The notes under the pieces: model-generated
The model's input: only the letters and a program-made list of their open reading frames with translations
The model's database searches: none
What the model was told of the DNA's origin: nothing
Program-made: the position numbers and the translations under genes
In this document: piece after piece, positions 19,040 to 29,709 of the stretch
Position numbering within the stretch: position 1 is the stretch's first letter
How the letters are laid out: every line of letters begins with the position of its first letter
DNA from: Candidatus Poribacteria bacterium
GTDB taxonomy: Bacteria; Poribacteria; WGA-4E; WGA-3G
Direction of reading: 5' to 3'
Assembly (NCBI GenBank): GCA_965197475.1
Contig: CBDANF010000001.1
Span: forward strand, 1-32,385
Length of the DNA: 32,385 nt

Positions 19040-19636
19040 ATGAGAAAAAAAATATACGCATGTTGTCTCATTTTAATGGGTAGTTGTCTCACTTGTGTAT
19101 TCGCCGCCGAGGATCCTGCTGGCGGAGGCGGAATCCTAGCACAACTCGGGATTGACCCCCAGACGATTATTATCCAAGTCATCGGGTTTCTGGTGGTGCT
19201 TGCAGTACTCTGGAAGTTCGTCTTCGGTAAAGTAGGTGGACTTTTAGAGGAACGCCGATCTGACATCACCTCTCAGTTAGATCAATTGAAGACTGACCGT
19301 GAAGAATTAGATCGACTTACCGCTGAAACACGGCAACGTTTAGGCGATATTGAAAGTGAGTCGCAAGCCAAAATCCAAGCTGCTATTGAGCAAGGGAATA
19401 CGGAACGTCAGCAGATTATCGCACAAGCGCGGCAAGAGGCTGATGATGAGATAGCAAGAGCTCGCGCAGAGATTCAACGTGAAAAAAATGAGGCTATCTC
19501 CGAACTGCGCGGTGTTGTTGCTGAACTTGCTATTGATGCAGCAAGCAAAATCATTAGCGCAGAACTAACCCCTGAGAGACATCAAAGTATTATTGACGCA
19601 TCCATTAGTAGATTGTCAGCAGATTCACATCAGTAG
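19040..19636 (+). CDS. atpF: ATP synthase Fo subunit b
   Basis: LGIDP..QVIGFLVVLAVLWKF TM segment, LEERRSDI, long coiled coil; operon position. Signal-peptide-like N-terminus. Confidence 0.95.
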   Translation: MRKKIYACCLILMGSCLTCVFAAEDPAGGGGILAQLGIDPQTIIIQVIGFLVVLAVLWKFVFGKVGGLLEERRSDITSQLDQLKTDREELDRLTAETRQRLGDIESESQAKIQAAIEQGNTERQQIIAQARQEADDEIARARAEIQREKNEAISELRGVVAELAIDAASKIISAELTPERHQSIIDASISRLSADSHQ

Positions 19637-19684
19637 ATCGTGCTTTTTGCGCACTCAAACTATTTTTATAGGTAAAAACCAACA

Positions 19685-20224
19685 ATGAGAGACATTCGGG
19701 TCGCAAAACCTTATGCTCGCGCCTTATACGAAGCAGCTGGCGAACAGAGTGCTTTAGAATCTATTGCCGCTGATATTGAGAAGCTGCGAGAGTTGATTGA
19801 ACAGTCTGAGGAATTCACGCGATTTCTCAACAGTCCTCTGCTGTCACCACAATTTAAAAGCGACACGTTTCAGCAGCTGTTTACTGATTCAATGCATCCG
19901 TTGACGGTTAATTTCTTCAAACTTCTTGCATTGAAGCAACGCGAACGTTATCTTGTCGCAATAATGGATGTCTTTTCAGCTATGGCTGATGAAGCTGCCG
20001 GCAGGCTTGTCGCAAAAGTTACGACAGCAGTGCCAATTACACAGAACCAAGAGCAACGACTTGTCCAGCAATTAAGCGCACATTCGGGAAAACAGGTACG
20101 CTTGGAAACCGAAACTGACGAACAGATTCAGGGTGGATTTGTTGCGAAGTTGGGCGACACCGTTTTTGATGCAAGTGTCACAACACAACTCCAACGTTTA
20201 AAACGTCAACTCGCAAAAGGTTAA
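19685..20224 (+). CDS. atpH: ATP synthase F1 subunit delta
   Basis: VAKPYARALY, IQGGFVAKLGDTVFDASV motifs. Confidence 0.96.
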   Translation: MRDIRVAKPYARALYEAAGEQSALESIAADIEKLRELIEQSEEFTRFLNSPLLSPQFKSDTFQQLFTDSMHPLTVNFFKLLALKQRERYLVAIMDVFSAMADEAAGRLVAKVTTAVPITQNQEQRLVQQLSAHSGKQVRLETETDEQIQGGFVAKLGDTVFDASVTTQLQRLKRQLAKG

Positions 20225-20265
20225 ATTGGCTGCACGTTTTATAGTAAAATGTATAAATATGTAGT

Positions 20266-20412
20266 TCGTAGGTTGGGTAGAACGGATCTAAGAAAGAGGG
20301 TGCTGAGAACCAACATCTCTAAAACTACATACCTACACATTCCAGCGAGGTGGTAGTGAAACCTAACAAGGGATTACAAAGTCGGGTTTCGCAAGTTCTA
20401 CCCGACCTACGA
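20266..20412. repeat. GTAG-type REP doublet (REPIN-like)
   Basis: TCGTAGGTTGGGTAGAAC (20266-20283) inverted with GTTCTACCCGACCTACGA (20395-20412), one G-U type mismatch. Confidence 0.75.
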
Positions 20413-20434
20413 CATATCTATTAGTAGGAGTGGC

Positions 20435-20528
20435 TAATACCAAATTAACGTGATTATTAGTTTTCTGATAGCGGTTAGCATTGTGAGGCACGGGGACCTC
20501 GCGCTACAAATCGCGTTAATTCGGTATA
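20435..20528. mobile_element. Short MITE-like element, TIR family A
   Basis: Ends TAATACCAAATTAACGTGA and TCGCGTTAATTCGGTATA. Internal degenerate hairpin ending CCTCGCGCTAC. Confidence 0.7.
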
Positions 20529-20590
20529 ACACGAAATTCGCAGGTTTCCCATCTAATTGAAGACAATTGCGACCCACAGAGGATTGAAAT

Positions 20591-22192
20591 ATGGCAAGAG
20601 AAGTCCGACCGGACGAAATATCAAATATACTAAAACAGCAGCTGCAACAGTTTGAACAGGACGTGGATGTCTATGACTCCGGCACTGTGCTGGAGGTAGG
20701 CGATGGTATCGCGCGGGTGCATGGGCTTGCCAACGCAATGGCAAGCGAAATGATTGAATTCCCGAACGATGTTTACGGCATCGCTTTTAACCTTGAAGAA
20801 GACAACGTCGGTTGCGTACTGTTCGGCGAAGACCAACTCATACATGAAGGCGATACCGTTAAACGTACAGGTAGGCTACCTGAAGTTCCTGTTGGCGATG
20901 CACTCCTCGGACGGATCGTTGATGCACTTGGAAATCCCATTGATGGTTTGGGAGACATTCGGACAGAACACAGACTCCCCGTGGAACAGAAAGGGTTAGG
21001 TATCGTCCAACGACAACCTGTCAGTGAACCTCTCTATACAGGTTTAAAGGCTATTGACAGTTTAACACCTATCGGTAGAGGGCAACGTGAACTTATCATC
21101 GGTGACCGCAGAACCGGCAAAACTGCCATTGCTATAGATGCTATTCTAAGTCAAAAGAACACAGATGTTTACTGCATCTATGTCGCAATCGGACAAAAAG
21201 GTTCTACGTTGGCACAAGTTGCCAATACGCTTCGCGAACACAACGCATTGGAATATACCATCATCGTTTCTGCGCCTGCAAGTGCGCCATCACCGCTTCA
21301 ATATCTTGCACCCTATTCAGGCACCTCAATGGGTGAATACTTCAGTTCTAACGGTAAACACGCGCTTATCATATACGATGACTTGACAAAACACGCATGG
21401 GCATACCGACAGATGTCCTTGCTTTCACGCAGACCTCCCGGTCGCGAAGCATATCCCGGTGACGTTTTCTATCTACACTCACGGCTATTAGAACGCGCAG
21501 CAAAACTCAGTGACGAATTGGGTGGCGGATCACTCACAGCACTACCGATTATTGAAATCTTTGAAGGCGATTTGACAACTTATATCCCAACAAACGTTAT
21601 CTCCATTACCGATGGACAAATATACCTCACAACAGACCTATTCAACAAAGGTGTGAGACCCGCGATTGATGTCGGTACATCTGTTTCGCGTGTCGGCGGT
21701 GATGCACAGGTCAAAGCGATGAAATCGGACGAAGTTGCAGGCACGTTAAAACTTGACCTGGCAAGTTTCCGAGAAGTTGCTGCTTTCGCACAATTCGGAT
21801 CGGATCTGGATGCGTCAACGCAATCTTTGCTTCTTCGTGGTGCGCGGCTCGTAGAATTGCTGAAACAACCACAATATCAACCGATGTCTGTTGAACGGGA
21901 AGTCGCCTCTATCTTCTGTGGCACGAACGGTTATTTAGACGAAGTTCCTGAATCAGAAGTTGCGCGGTTTGAATCTGAATTTCTGCAATACCTTGACAGG
22001 AATCATGCGGAACTCCTCTCCGAAATCGCAGAAACCGGTCTGCTGGGTGATGAATTGCTTGAAACAATGCACGCTGCTGTCAAGGCATTCAAGGAAAATT
22101 GGAGTGATACACCGCCTGCACCACAATCACAAATTGAGCAAGTGCCAGCGGGAGAATCCTCCGCAGAGGAAGCCCCAACTGAAGGTGAATAA
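20591..22192 (+). CDS. atpA: ATP synthase F1 subunit alpha
   Basis: [61 protein letters not shown]. Confidence 0.98.
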   Translation: MAREVRPDEISNILKQQLQQFEQDVDVYDSGTVLEVGDGIARVHGLANAMASEMIEFPNDVYGIAFNLEEDNVGCVLFGEDQLIHEGDTVKRTGRLPEVPVGDALLGRIVDALGNPIDGLGDIRTEHRLPVEQKGLGIVQRQPVSEPLYTGLKAIDSLTPIGRGQRELIIGDRRTGKTAIAIDAILSQKNTDVYCIYVAIGQKGSTLAQVANTLREHNALEYTIIVSAPASAPSPLQYLAPYSGTSMGEYFSSNGKHALIIYDDLTKHAWAYRQMSLLSRRPPGREAYPGDVFYLHSRLLERAAKLSDELGGGSLTALPIIEIFEGDLTTYIPTNVISITDGQIYLTTDLFNKGVRPAIDVGTSVSRVGGDAQVKAMKSDEVAGTLKLDLASFREVAAFAQFGSDLDASTQSLLLRGARLVELLKQPQYQPMSVEREVASIFCGTNGYLDEVPESEVARFESEFLQYLDRNHAELLSEIAETGLLGDELLETMHAAVKAFKENWSDTPPAPQSQIEQVPAGESSAEEAPTEGE

Positions 22193-22194
22193 CC

Positions 22195-23073
22195 ATGGCA
22201 ACGTTACGAGAAATACGACGCCGTATCGCCAGTATTAAAAACATTGAGCAAGTTACGGATGCGATGCGCGTCGTTGCCGCAGCACGGCTCCGTCGTGCGC
22301 AAGAAAATATCACTGCCACGCGTCCATACGCAGACAAACTCAACACTATCCTCGGTCATCTGATCTCACAAATGGACGTTGAGGAAGAAGCATTGACACA
22401 TCCGCTGCTGGAAACCCGCGAGATAAAGCATGTCTGCATCATCTCTGTTTCCAGCGACCGTGGTTTATGCGGCAGTTTCAACAGCAATGTTATCCGCACA
22501 ACTACGCAACAGATACAACATTACCAAGAAAGTGGCGCGGACGTAACGCTTATCTGCATCGGCAAACGAGGGCAAGAGCATTTTGCACGCCGTGGATACG
22601 ACATTACGGATGAATACAACAATATCTTCCATCAACTCCAATTTCAAACGGCTGTTGATGTTGTCCACGAGTTTGAACACCTCTATGTTGACAAAAAGAT
22701 TGACAAAGTTGAAGTAATCTATAACAATTTCAAGTCTGCTATTCTCCAGACCGTGCTTGTTGAGCAACTTCTCCCGTTGGTGCCTGAGGAACCAGAAGGC
22801 GATACGCTTTTCCTTGATTATATCTATGAACCGGGACAGGTGGAACTCTTTGAAATGCTGCTCGGCAAACATCTGAACATGCAAATGTGGAAGGTGCTTT
22901 TAGACTCAAACGCGGCGGAGCAAGCAGCACGAATGGCTGCGATGGAAAACGCCACACAGAAAGCAAAAGAACTCATTGACGAATTAGTCCTACAACGCAA
23001 TAGGGCACGTCAAACACAAATTACAACAGAAATATCCGAAATCGTCAGTGGCGCAGCCGCACAGGAAGGCTAA
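22195..23073 (+). CDS. atpG: ATP synthase F1 subunit gamma
   Basis: LREIRRRIASIKN, SDRGLCGSFN, EQAARMAAMENAT, NRARQTQITTEISEIVSGA. Confidence 0.98.
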   Translation: MATLREIRRRIASIKNIEQVTDAMRVVAAARLRRAQENITATRPYADKLNTILGHLISQMDVEEEALTHPLLETREIKHVCIISVSSDRGLCGSFNSNVIRTTTQQIQHYQESGADVTLICIGKRGQEHFARRGYDITDEYNNIFHQLQFQTAVDVVHEFEHLYVDKKIDKVEVIYNNFKSAILQTVLVEQLLPLVPEEPEGDTLFLDYIYEPGQVELFEMLLGKHLNMQMWKVLLDSNAAEQAARMAAMENATQKAKELIDELVLQRNRARQTQITTEISEIVSGAAAQEG

Positions 23074-23141
23074 CGACAAGCAAATGTCAATATAGACAAT
23101 TCTAAAGGCTTATTCAGTCTTTTGACAAAAGGTTAAGACAG

Positions 23142-24092
23142 ATGCGCAAAACTAATCCGAATACGCATCAAGATTGTAGGTCTCTACTTCAAAAAGCGGT
23201 GCGCCGTGGCGAATCCGATCTTGTTGTTAAAGTTGTAGACCATCTTTATGAAATTGGGGATATAAGTTGGTTAAAGCAGCGAGTGGGGGTTATCATTGCG
23301 GAAGAATGCTGGCCTCTTATGGGGGAATGGGAATTACCCCAAAAAAGAGATATGCAACAAGAAGCATCACAAAAAATTCTTAGTCAGGCAGCACGATACA
23401 TAAAATTTAAAGATGCAGCTGGTCTCGGTTCTCTTGCTTATGCTCTCTCAGAAGGAGACGATTCTGTATTGAGTGGTTCGGATAAAGATACATATATAAA
23501 ACATATTTGTGCTGCTATTAAGAATAAAGATAATTATTGGGAATGGATTATTTCTCAGTGCTCATGTGATCTGACTAAACGTTTTGTAGAACGAACTTCT
23601 GTAGCGTATCGAAAAGGTGGATGGCCTTGGGATAGAGCATTTATACAGGCTGCAGCATATTTAGTTGTCATGGATGGTCTTCCGAAATTGCAATTAGGAA
23701 TTAAACAGGAATCAAAATTTCCGTTTTGGGTTGCGTTGGATAGACATACTCCTCAAGGAAAAGTTGTCCTTAGTAAACTGGCAAAAGAGACGGGATTCCC
23801 TTGGCGTCAGCTGAATTGGATTAGTTTTTATTGTGAAAGTGGTATTGTTTATAACCAGGAGACATCACGATGGTGGGACAGAGAGGTAGAATGGAGGCTT
23901 AGCAAAGTAGGACTTTCACTTGACGAGGCAGAATCAATGTGGACGAAAGTACGACCACTTTTTATTGAATTGTTACAAGATGAATCAGCACGACTTGAAC
24001 AACACCTCAACGTCAACAGTGGTCAAACGAATAACCCTTCCGATAGTCAACAACTTAGTTTGTTCTCACCATCCGAAGGAACAGAAGCATGA
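23142..24092 (+). CDS. Hypothetical protein with RarA/MgsA C-terminal-like helical domain and no ATPase domain
   Basis: SLLQKAVRRG..WLKQRVGVIIAEE resembles the RarA/MgsA SAxxKSxRG..IARRLxxxAxED pattern; later ALDRHTPQG motif; no Walker A. Visibly more AT-rich than the flanking atp genes. Confidence 0.6.
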   Translation: MRKTNPNTHQDCRSLLQKAVRRGESDLVVKVVDHLYEIGDISWLKQRVGVIIAEECWPLMGEWELPQKRDMQQEASQKILSQAARYIKFKDAAGLGSLAYALSEGDDSVLSGSDKDTYIKHICAAIKNKDNYWEWIISQCSCDLTKRFVERTSVAYRKGGWPWDRAFIQAAAYLVVMDGLPKLQLGIKQESKFPFWVALDRHTPQGKVVLSKLAKETGFPWRQLNWISFYCESGIVYNQETSRWWDREVEWRLSKVGLSLDEAESMWTKVRPLFIELLQDESARLEQHLNVNSGQTNNPSDSQQLSLFSPSEGTEA

Positions 24093-24444
24093 TAAGTGGT
24101 AATGAGATTCAATCTTTGGTCAATCTCTTACAAGATAGGGTTATTTAGTTTTCCAATAATTTTGAACTTTTGCTCAAGACTCCCCGCTGTAGGAGCGATC
24201 TCCGAATCGCGACTTTTTGGCTAAAATGGGCAAAAAGCCTCAAACTAAATAGCCCTGCTTACAAGAGAAGAACGTTTCACTATACCATGCCTGTCAACTA
24301 AGTGATACTACATGCTCTGAACCTTTACGGGCATGGACAGGACAAATCCTCGAATCCAAATTAGAATATCAATTTCAAAGGTATGCTAAGTATTTATACA
24401 ATGGAACGCTTAAACCGATGAGAACAAACACGATACTTAATTAA
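24089..24444 (+). pseudogene. MITE-interrupted ORF translationally coupled to the upstream gene
   Basis: ATG 24089 overlaps the upstream TGA (ATGA). Removing 24136-24266 gives an open 74-aa frame MISGNEIQSLVNLLQEKNVSLYHACQLSDTTCSEPLRAWTGQILESKLEYQFQRYAKYLYNGTLKPMRTNTILN. Confidence 0.75.
24136..24257. mobile_element. 122-bp MITE, TIR family D, with 9-bp target-site duplication (ISAs1-like ends)
   Basis: Ends TAGGGTTATTTAGTTT and AAACTAAATAGCCCTG. CTTACAAGA duplicated at 24127-24135 and 24258-24266. Internal GTAGGAGCGATCTCCGAATCGC hairpin. CAGGG termini with 8-10 bp duplications are typical of the ISAs1 family. Confidence 0.85.
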
Positions 24445-24473
24445 TATGTAACAAATCGGTCAGCGTTTTCTAA

Positions 24474-25901
<1,428 letters not shown>

Positions 25902-25916
25902 TAGTTAGCGGCGTTT

Positions 25917-25941
25917 GTCCTCGCGCAATTCATTGCGCCTC
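25917..25941. repeat. Single REP-like hairpin
   Basis: GTCCTCGCGCAATTCATTGCGCCTC, identical to the units at 6178 and 18857. Followed by GGACATTCA as in the 14273 unit. Confidence 0.8.
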
Positions 25942-25970
25942 GGACATTCACATTATAAAACAACATAGAT

Positions 25971-26378
25971 ATGCAAAATAGAAGTTTTCACCTTGAAATA
26001 CGGACACCGGAAAAATTGATATATGAAGGCGATGTAACAACCGTTGGCGCGCCGGGAATTGAAGGCAACTTCCAGATTCTATATGGACACATCCCTTTCC
26101 TTACAGCATTAGATGTCGGTGAAATACGGGTCCAAGAATCGGGTACACCACGTTCAATGGCGACAAGCGGCGGGGTTTTTGAAGTGCTACGCACTGGTGT
26201 CACCGTATTGGTTGAAACAGCAGAATGGGCATCGGATATTGACGTGGCACGTGCCGAAAGTGCGCTTGAACGTGCCAAAGAACAACTCGCTGCAGATGCC
26301 CCGGGCCTGAATCTCCCCCGCGCAGAGGCAGCCCTTGCACGAGCACAAAATCGTATTAAGGTTGCGAACAATTCGTAA
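25971..26378 (+). CDS. atpC: ATP synthase F1 subunit epsilon
   Basis: LEIRTPE, GNFQILYGHIP, SGGVFEV, IDVARAE, ALARAQNRI. Confidence 0.96.
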   Translation: MQNRSFHLEIRTPEKLIYEGDVTTVGAPGIEGNFQILYGHIPFLTALDVGEIRVQESGTPRSMATSGGVFEVLRTGVTVLVETAEWASDIDVARAESALERAKEQLAADAPGLNLPRAEAALARAQNRIKVANNS

Positions 26379-26423
26379 GCATGGCTCCGCTACGTCCATT
26401 TTCCAAATCACAGAGATAAGAAA

Positions 26424-26672
26424 ATGATTCACAATGACAAAGGGCTTAAAGCAAGTCAGCAACGCATAGCGTATTTTCAAAACTTGCTCTTACAACTGCG
26501 GGTTAAGGCAACACCTGAAGAATTTTCGCTCATCTCAACTGGATATCGGACAGAGATACTGAAAATGCAAGATGAAGTTCTTGAATACCTAACTCGACAT
26601 TCATGTGAACCAATACCGGCGAAAGTGACTTCTACGGAGGTATCAGATGCTGCCAGTAATGGTAGCCGATAA
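26424..26672 (+). CDS. Small helical hypothetical protein
   Basis: 82-aa ORF with amphipathic helices (MIHND..SQQRIAYFQNLL..YRTEILKMQDEVLEYL). A second copy begins at 32368. Confidence 0.65.
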   Translation: MIHNDKGLKASQQRIAYFQNLLLQLRVKATPEEFSLISTGYRTEILKMQDEVLEYLTRHSCEPIPAKVTSTEVSDAASNGSR

Positions 26673-26690
26673 TCGTTCAAACATTTCGCA

Positions 26691-26861
26691 TTAGTTGAAA
26701 CAGCAGAATGGGCATCGGATATTGACGTAGCACGTGCCGAAAATACACTTGAACGTGCACAAGAACAACTCGCGGCAGATGCCCCCGACCTGAATCGCCC
26801 GCGTGCTGAAGCGGCACTTGCGCGTGCACAAAATCGTATTAAGGTTGCAAGTAATTTGTAA
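26691..26861 (+). pseudogene. Duplicated 3' end of atpC (56 codons plus stop, no start)
   Basis: 171-bp gap-free copy of 26208-26378, encoding LVETAEWASDIDVARAENTLERAQEQLAADAPDLNRPRAEAALARAQNRIKVASNL. Confidence 0.9.
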
Positions 26862-26999
26862 TATCTTCCTTCCATTCCTTGGTAGGCGAGGTTTCTTAAC
26901 CGGTCCCGCCTGTTATAGAAGGGTACTGGTGTAGAGTGTCCAAGTAATTCTGACATCTACTATAGTTGTCAGTTATGAGTCGGTTAGATTGAATTAAGA

Positions 27000-27509
27000 T
27001 TAGAGATAACCTGCCTCGGAGAGTAAGTTCGCGAGGTTCTTTTTTCTACCACAACGCCCTATCAGAACCAGTACAGGTTTGCCTTGGAAATTCACGGTTA
27101 GTTGTCGGCGTCTTGGATTCGTCCAGTTAATACCGCGTCCATGAAACAGAACTGGAACGTAGACGGTTTCACCATTTTCCTTTCGATCAGGAGCAACAGT
27201 AACGGCAAATTTCAAACTGTTTTCTAACTTTTTACGGACATTGGATTCGTCGGCTTTACCACTTTTAAGTTCAATTGGAACAGCGACGAAGGTGGTTTTA
27301 GCGGCGTTCCCGTAAAATAACAGACGGTCACCCCGTTTTCCGCTCTCTCCGCGCGATTTGAATTCCCTCTCTACATTTATCACAACCCGTTTCCTGGGTA
27401 AACCGGTACGGTATACTTTACATCCTTCTCCACCACATTCGTTAGTGAGACTGTTTGGGGATACTTGCTCTTGAATGTGGGTAAGCCCTTTACTCAGATT
27501 CAACGGCAT
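27000..27509 (-). CDS. Putative PD-(D/E)XK-fold nuclease-like protein
   Basis: KRGDRLLFY..VAVPIELKSG gives a D..ExK motif. AAGGAGG RBS before ATG 27509, overlapping the ATPase 3' end. Confidence 0.55.
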   Translation of the reverse strand: MPLNLSKGLTHIQEQVSPNSLTNECGGEGCKVYRTGLPRKRVVINVEREFKSRGESGKRGDRLLFYGNAAKTTFVAVPIELKSGKADESNVRKKLENSLKFAVTVAPDRKENGETVYVPVLFHGRGINWTNPRRRQLTVNFQGKPVLVLIGRCGRKKNLANLLSEAGYL

Positions 27510-28932
27510 CCCCTCCTTTCTTATTTTCAATTCTATTTTGGAGTCCTGCTGAACGGTTATAGAGATCCTCCGCTATATCCAAATGATCTTCCGGTTCTAT
27601 GCCTTCAACAAGGTCAAATGTGAGTTCTGTGACCGGTTTGTTCTTATGGAACCACCACGCACCGACCTCTTCCTCTTTCAGGTAGTCTGCGGATTCACTT
27701 GTGGGTTCTCCTTGTTTTCGCAATTCACCTTCGCGAATCAGGTTGCTGATTTGTTGGAGGAGCCAGTTGCTATGTGTTGTAATCAAGACGCGAACACCGG
27801 CTCGGACCATGCGTGCAAGGGTTTGGGCAATTATTGTTTGGGCACCAGGGTGCAGGTGAGATTCAGGTTCTTCAATTATGATCAAGTCACCCTGTTTAAC
27901 GATACCTCGCAGAAAGAGGACTAAAGGTGCAAGCTCAGATACCATCGCCGAGGAGTGGCTCATCCGCAATGCCTCTTCTGCCTGATTTGGACGGTACAGA
28001 AATTCGGGATATGCTTCTGGCGTGGGACGTTTAATCTCTATTTTGCCCTCCAGCAGTTCTGTCTCCAGTTGTTCAGCGACGCGACTTATTCTGCTTGACG
28101 ATCCCTTGCGTTCCTTGTAGCTGACGATCTGCTCCAGAAAATCCGCTATCATTCCCGAAAATGTAGATACTTCAAAACGGTCCAAACCTATACGAGTCGA
28201 CCGCTTGATGAGGGCACTTGCGATCACACCGTGGCTTTGCATGATGCCGCTCCGAGCAGCAGGCAAGTAGTATGAATCCTCTGTTCGCAACCGACGGGAG
28301 CGTAAAGTCCGAAAGAAACGTTCAACATCGGATATTTCATGGAACTCAGTCTTACGCTTTGCGTCAATGAGAATCATGTCTGGATTGATGTGCCCGATTA
28401 TAGTAGGATCGGCGGATCCAGCTGCCCGTGCCTCAAAATCCCAACACTTTTGATCTCCCTCGCGAACCGACAGTGAAACTTTCATTTCGTTGCCCCGGTT
28501 CCCAGTGAATCGAATTAACTTAGAAACAGCCTCAAAGTCGAAACACCGTTTAAGTTCGTTTGGGAAGTCTTCCCGATCCGTGAGTCTGGCCTCCAATGCA
28601 GTGTGTATCTGCTGAGGTAAATCGGAATATTTGAACGGACGCTTAGGCGTGTTTAACTTTTCGAGTACCGCTAACATCTCCTGTTCTAACGCCTCCCGTC
28701 GATCTTGTGGATAACGGTCTCGTGAACGGTAAGCAAAACTGAAATAAGAAGCAGTAGAGTCTGCCCAAGGATATTGTGAGATGCTCCCAAAATGTCGGTG
28801 TAATGCGTAAATGAGCGCGGCGAGATACGTCTTACCAGTGTTACTCTCACCGACAAATACAGTCAGCGGACGCAGGTCTATCTCTGCCTTTTCTATCGGA
28901 CCGAAGTTTTTTACGTTAATGTAGGCATCCAT
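27490..28932 (-). CDS. ABC-type ATPase (AAA_15/AAA_21-like), soluble
   Basis: VKNFGPI, Walker A GESNTGKT, YYLPAARSG, signature-like HSSAMVSELAP, Walker B/D-loop IIIEEPESHLHP, H-loop ITTHS. No permease nearby. Confidence 0.9.
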   Translation of the reverse strand: MDAYINVKNFGPIEKAEIDLRPLTVFVGESNTGKTYLAALIYALHRHFGSISQYPWADSTASYFSFAYRSRDRYPQDRREALEQEMLAVLEKLNTPKRPFKYSDLPQQIHTALEARLTDREDFPNELKRCFDFEAVSKLIRFTGNRGNEMKVSLSVREGDQKCWDFEARAAGSADPTIIGHINPDMILIDAKRKTEFHEISDVERFFRTLRSRRLRTEDSYYLPAARSGIMQSHGVIASALIKRSTRIGLDRFEVSTFSGMIADFLEQIVSYKERKGSSSRISRVAEQLETELLEGKIEIKRPTPEAYPEFLYRPNQAEEALRMSHSSAMVSELAPLVLFLRGIVKQGDLIIIEEPESHLHPGAQTIIAQTLARMVRAGVRVLITTHSNWLLQQISNLIREGELRKQGEPTSESADYLKEEEVGAWWFHKNKPVTELTFDLVEGIEPEDHLDIAEDLYNRSAGLQNRIENKKGGDAVESE

Positions 28933-28975
28933 TGTTTCTTCCCTTATTGGTGGTGGCTTTGAATCAATTAGATTA

Positions 28976-29662
28976 TCAGGTAGTATCCACTATCCAAGGT
29001 TGGCTAAAAATTTCTTCCCAATAATCCTCAACAAACTCAATCACTAAACTTTTTCCCAAATCTTTCCCCTCAAACAGCAAAGTGTACTTTATTGTGAGTT
29101 TCTCAAGACAATCTATACAAGCATCTAACTCGTTGAAGGTTGGTATTGTTTTCGGTGATCTTTTGTCGTAGTGGGCAACTCTTTTATCCGCAAACTCCTC
29201 CAGCTTGTCCCCGTGTTTTTTCAGTTCGTCCAGATCTTTTTGAACAAAGGTAGGATCAATATAATTGTAATTTGTACATCCTCCCGAAAAATGACGATCA
29301 AAAGTCCTATTTCCAATATCTTCCGCTCTATTTTCTTCTATATTTTTCATACCTGTTCGATACATATTCACGAATCGCTCTCTTGAGAGCACACAGGGAG
29401 TTTTTATTATTTCTTTCAGCAATCTGACGAATGAAATGCTATTTTTGTCACACTTGATTTGTCTGCGAACTGCGATAACACCGTAGTCAGAATAGGTTTG
29501 CCCGATAAACCAATTAAATGAACATGGTTCCTGAATATTTGGGTTGTCATCAATCATTTTCTGAATTTCCCAAAAAATGTGTTTGTTAGTGACCAACTCT
29601 TCAATTTCCCAATGGATTTCATCAGCAAGCCAGCGTTTCCACTTTTCAAATTTTTGATCCAT
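28976..29662 (-). CDS. HEPN (AbiU2-like) domain protein
   Basis: Helical protein with VIAVRRQ, SISFVRLL and FADKRVAHYD, resembling the AbiU2-type RNKxxAHxD region; the first Arg is replaced by Ala. AT-rich. Confidence 0.6.
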   Translation of the reverse strand: MDQKFEKWKRWLADEIHWEIEELVTNKHIFWEIQKMIDDNPNIQEPCSFNWFIGQTYSDYGVIAVRRQIKCDKNSISFVRLLKEIIKTPCVLSRERFVNMYRTGMKNIEENRAEDIGNRTFDRHFSGGCTNYNYIDPTFVQKDLDELKKHGDKLEEFADKRVAHYDKRSPKTIPTFNELDACIDCLEKLTIKYTLLFEGKDLGKSLVIEFVEDYWEEIFSQPWIVDTT

Positions 29663-29709
29663 ATCATTACCCTTTCAAGTAGTATGTTCAATGAACATAT
29701 ATTTTGCTT

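Noticed and set aside
26647-26694. Mini-ORF MLPVMVADNRSNISH behind a GGAGG RBS
   Set aside because: May be the truncated start of a lost gene at the duplication junction, but 15 codons cannot support a call.
26477-26956. 159-aa minus-strand ORF, and similar antisense ORFs elsewhere
   Set aside because: Shadow frames of real genes or of the atpC duplicate, with no motifs of their own.
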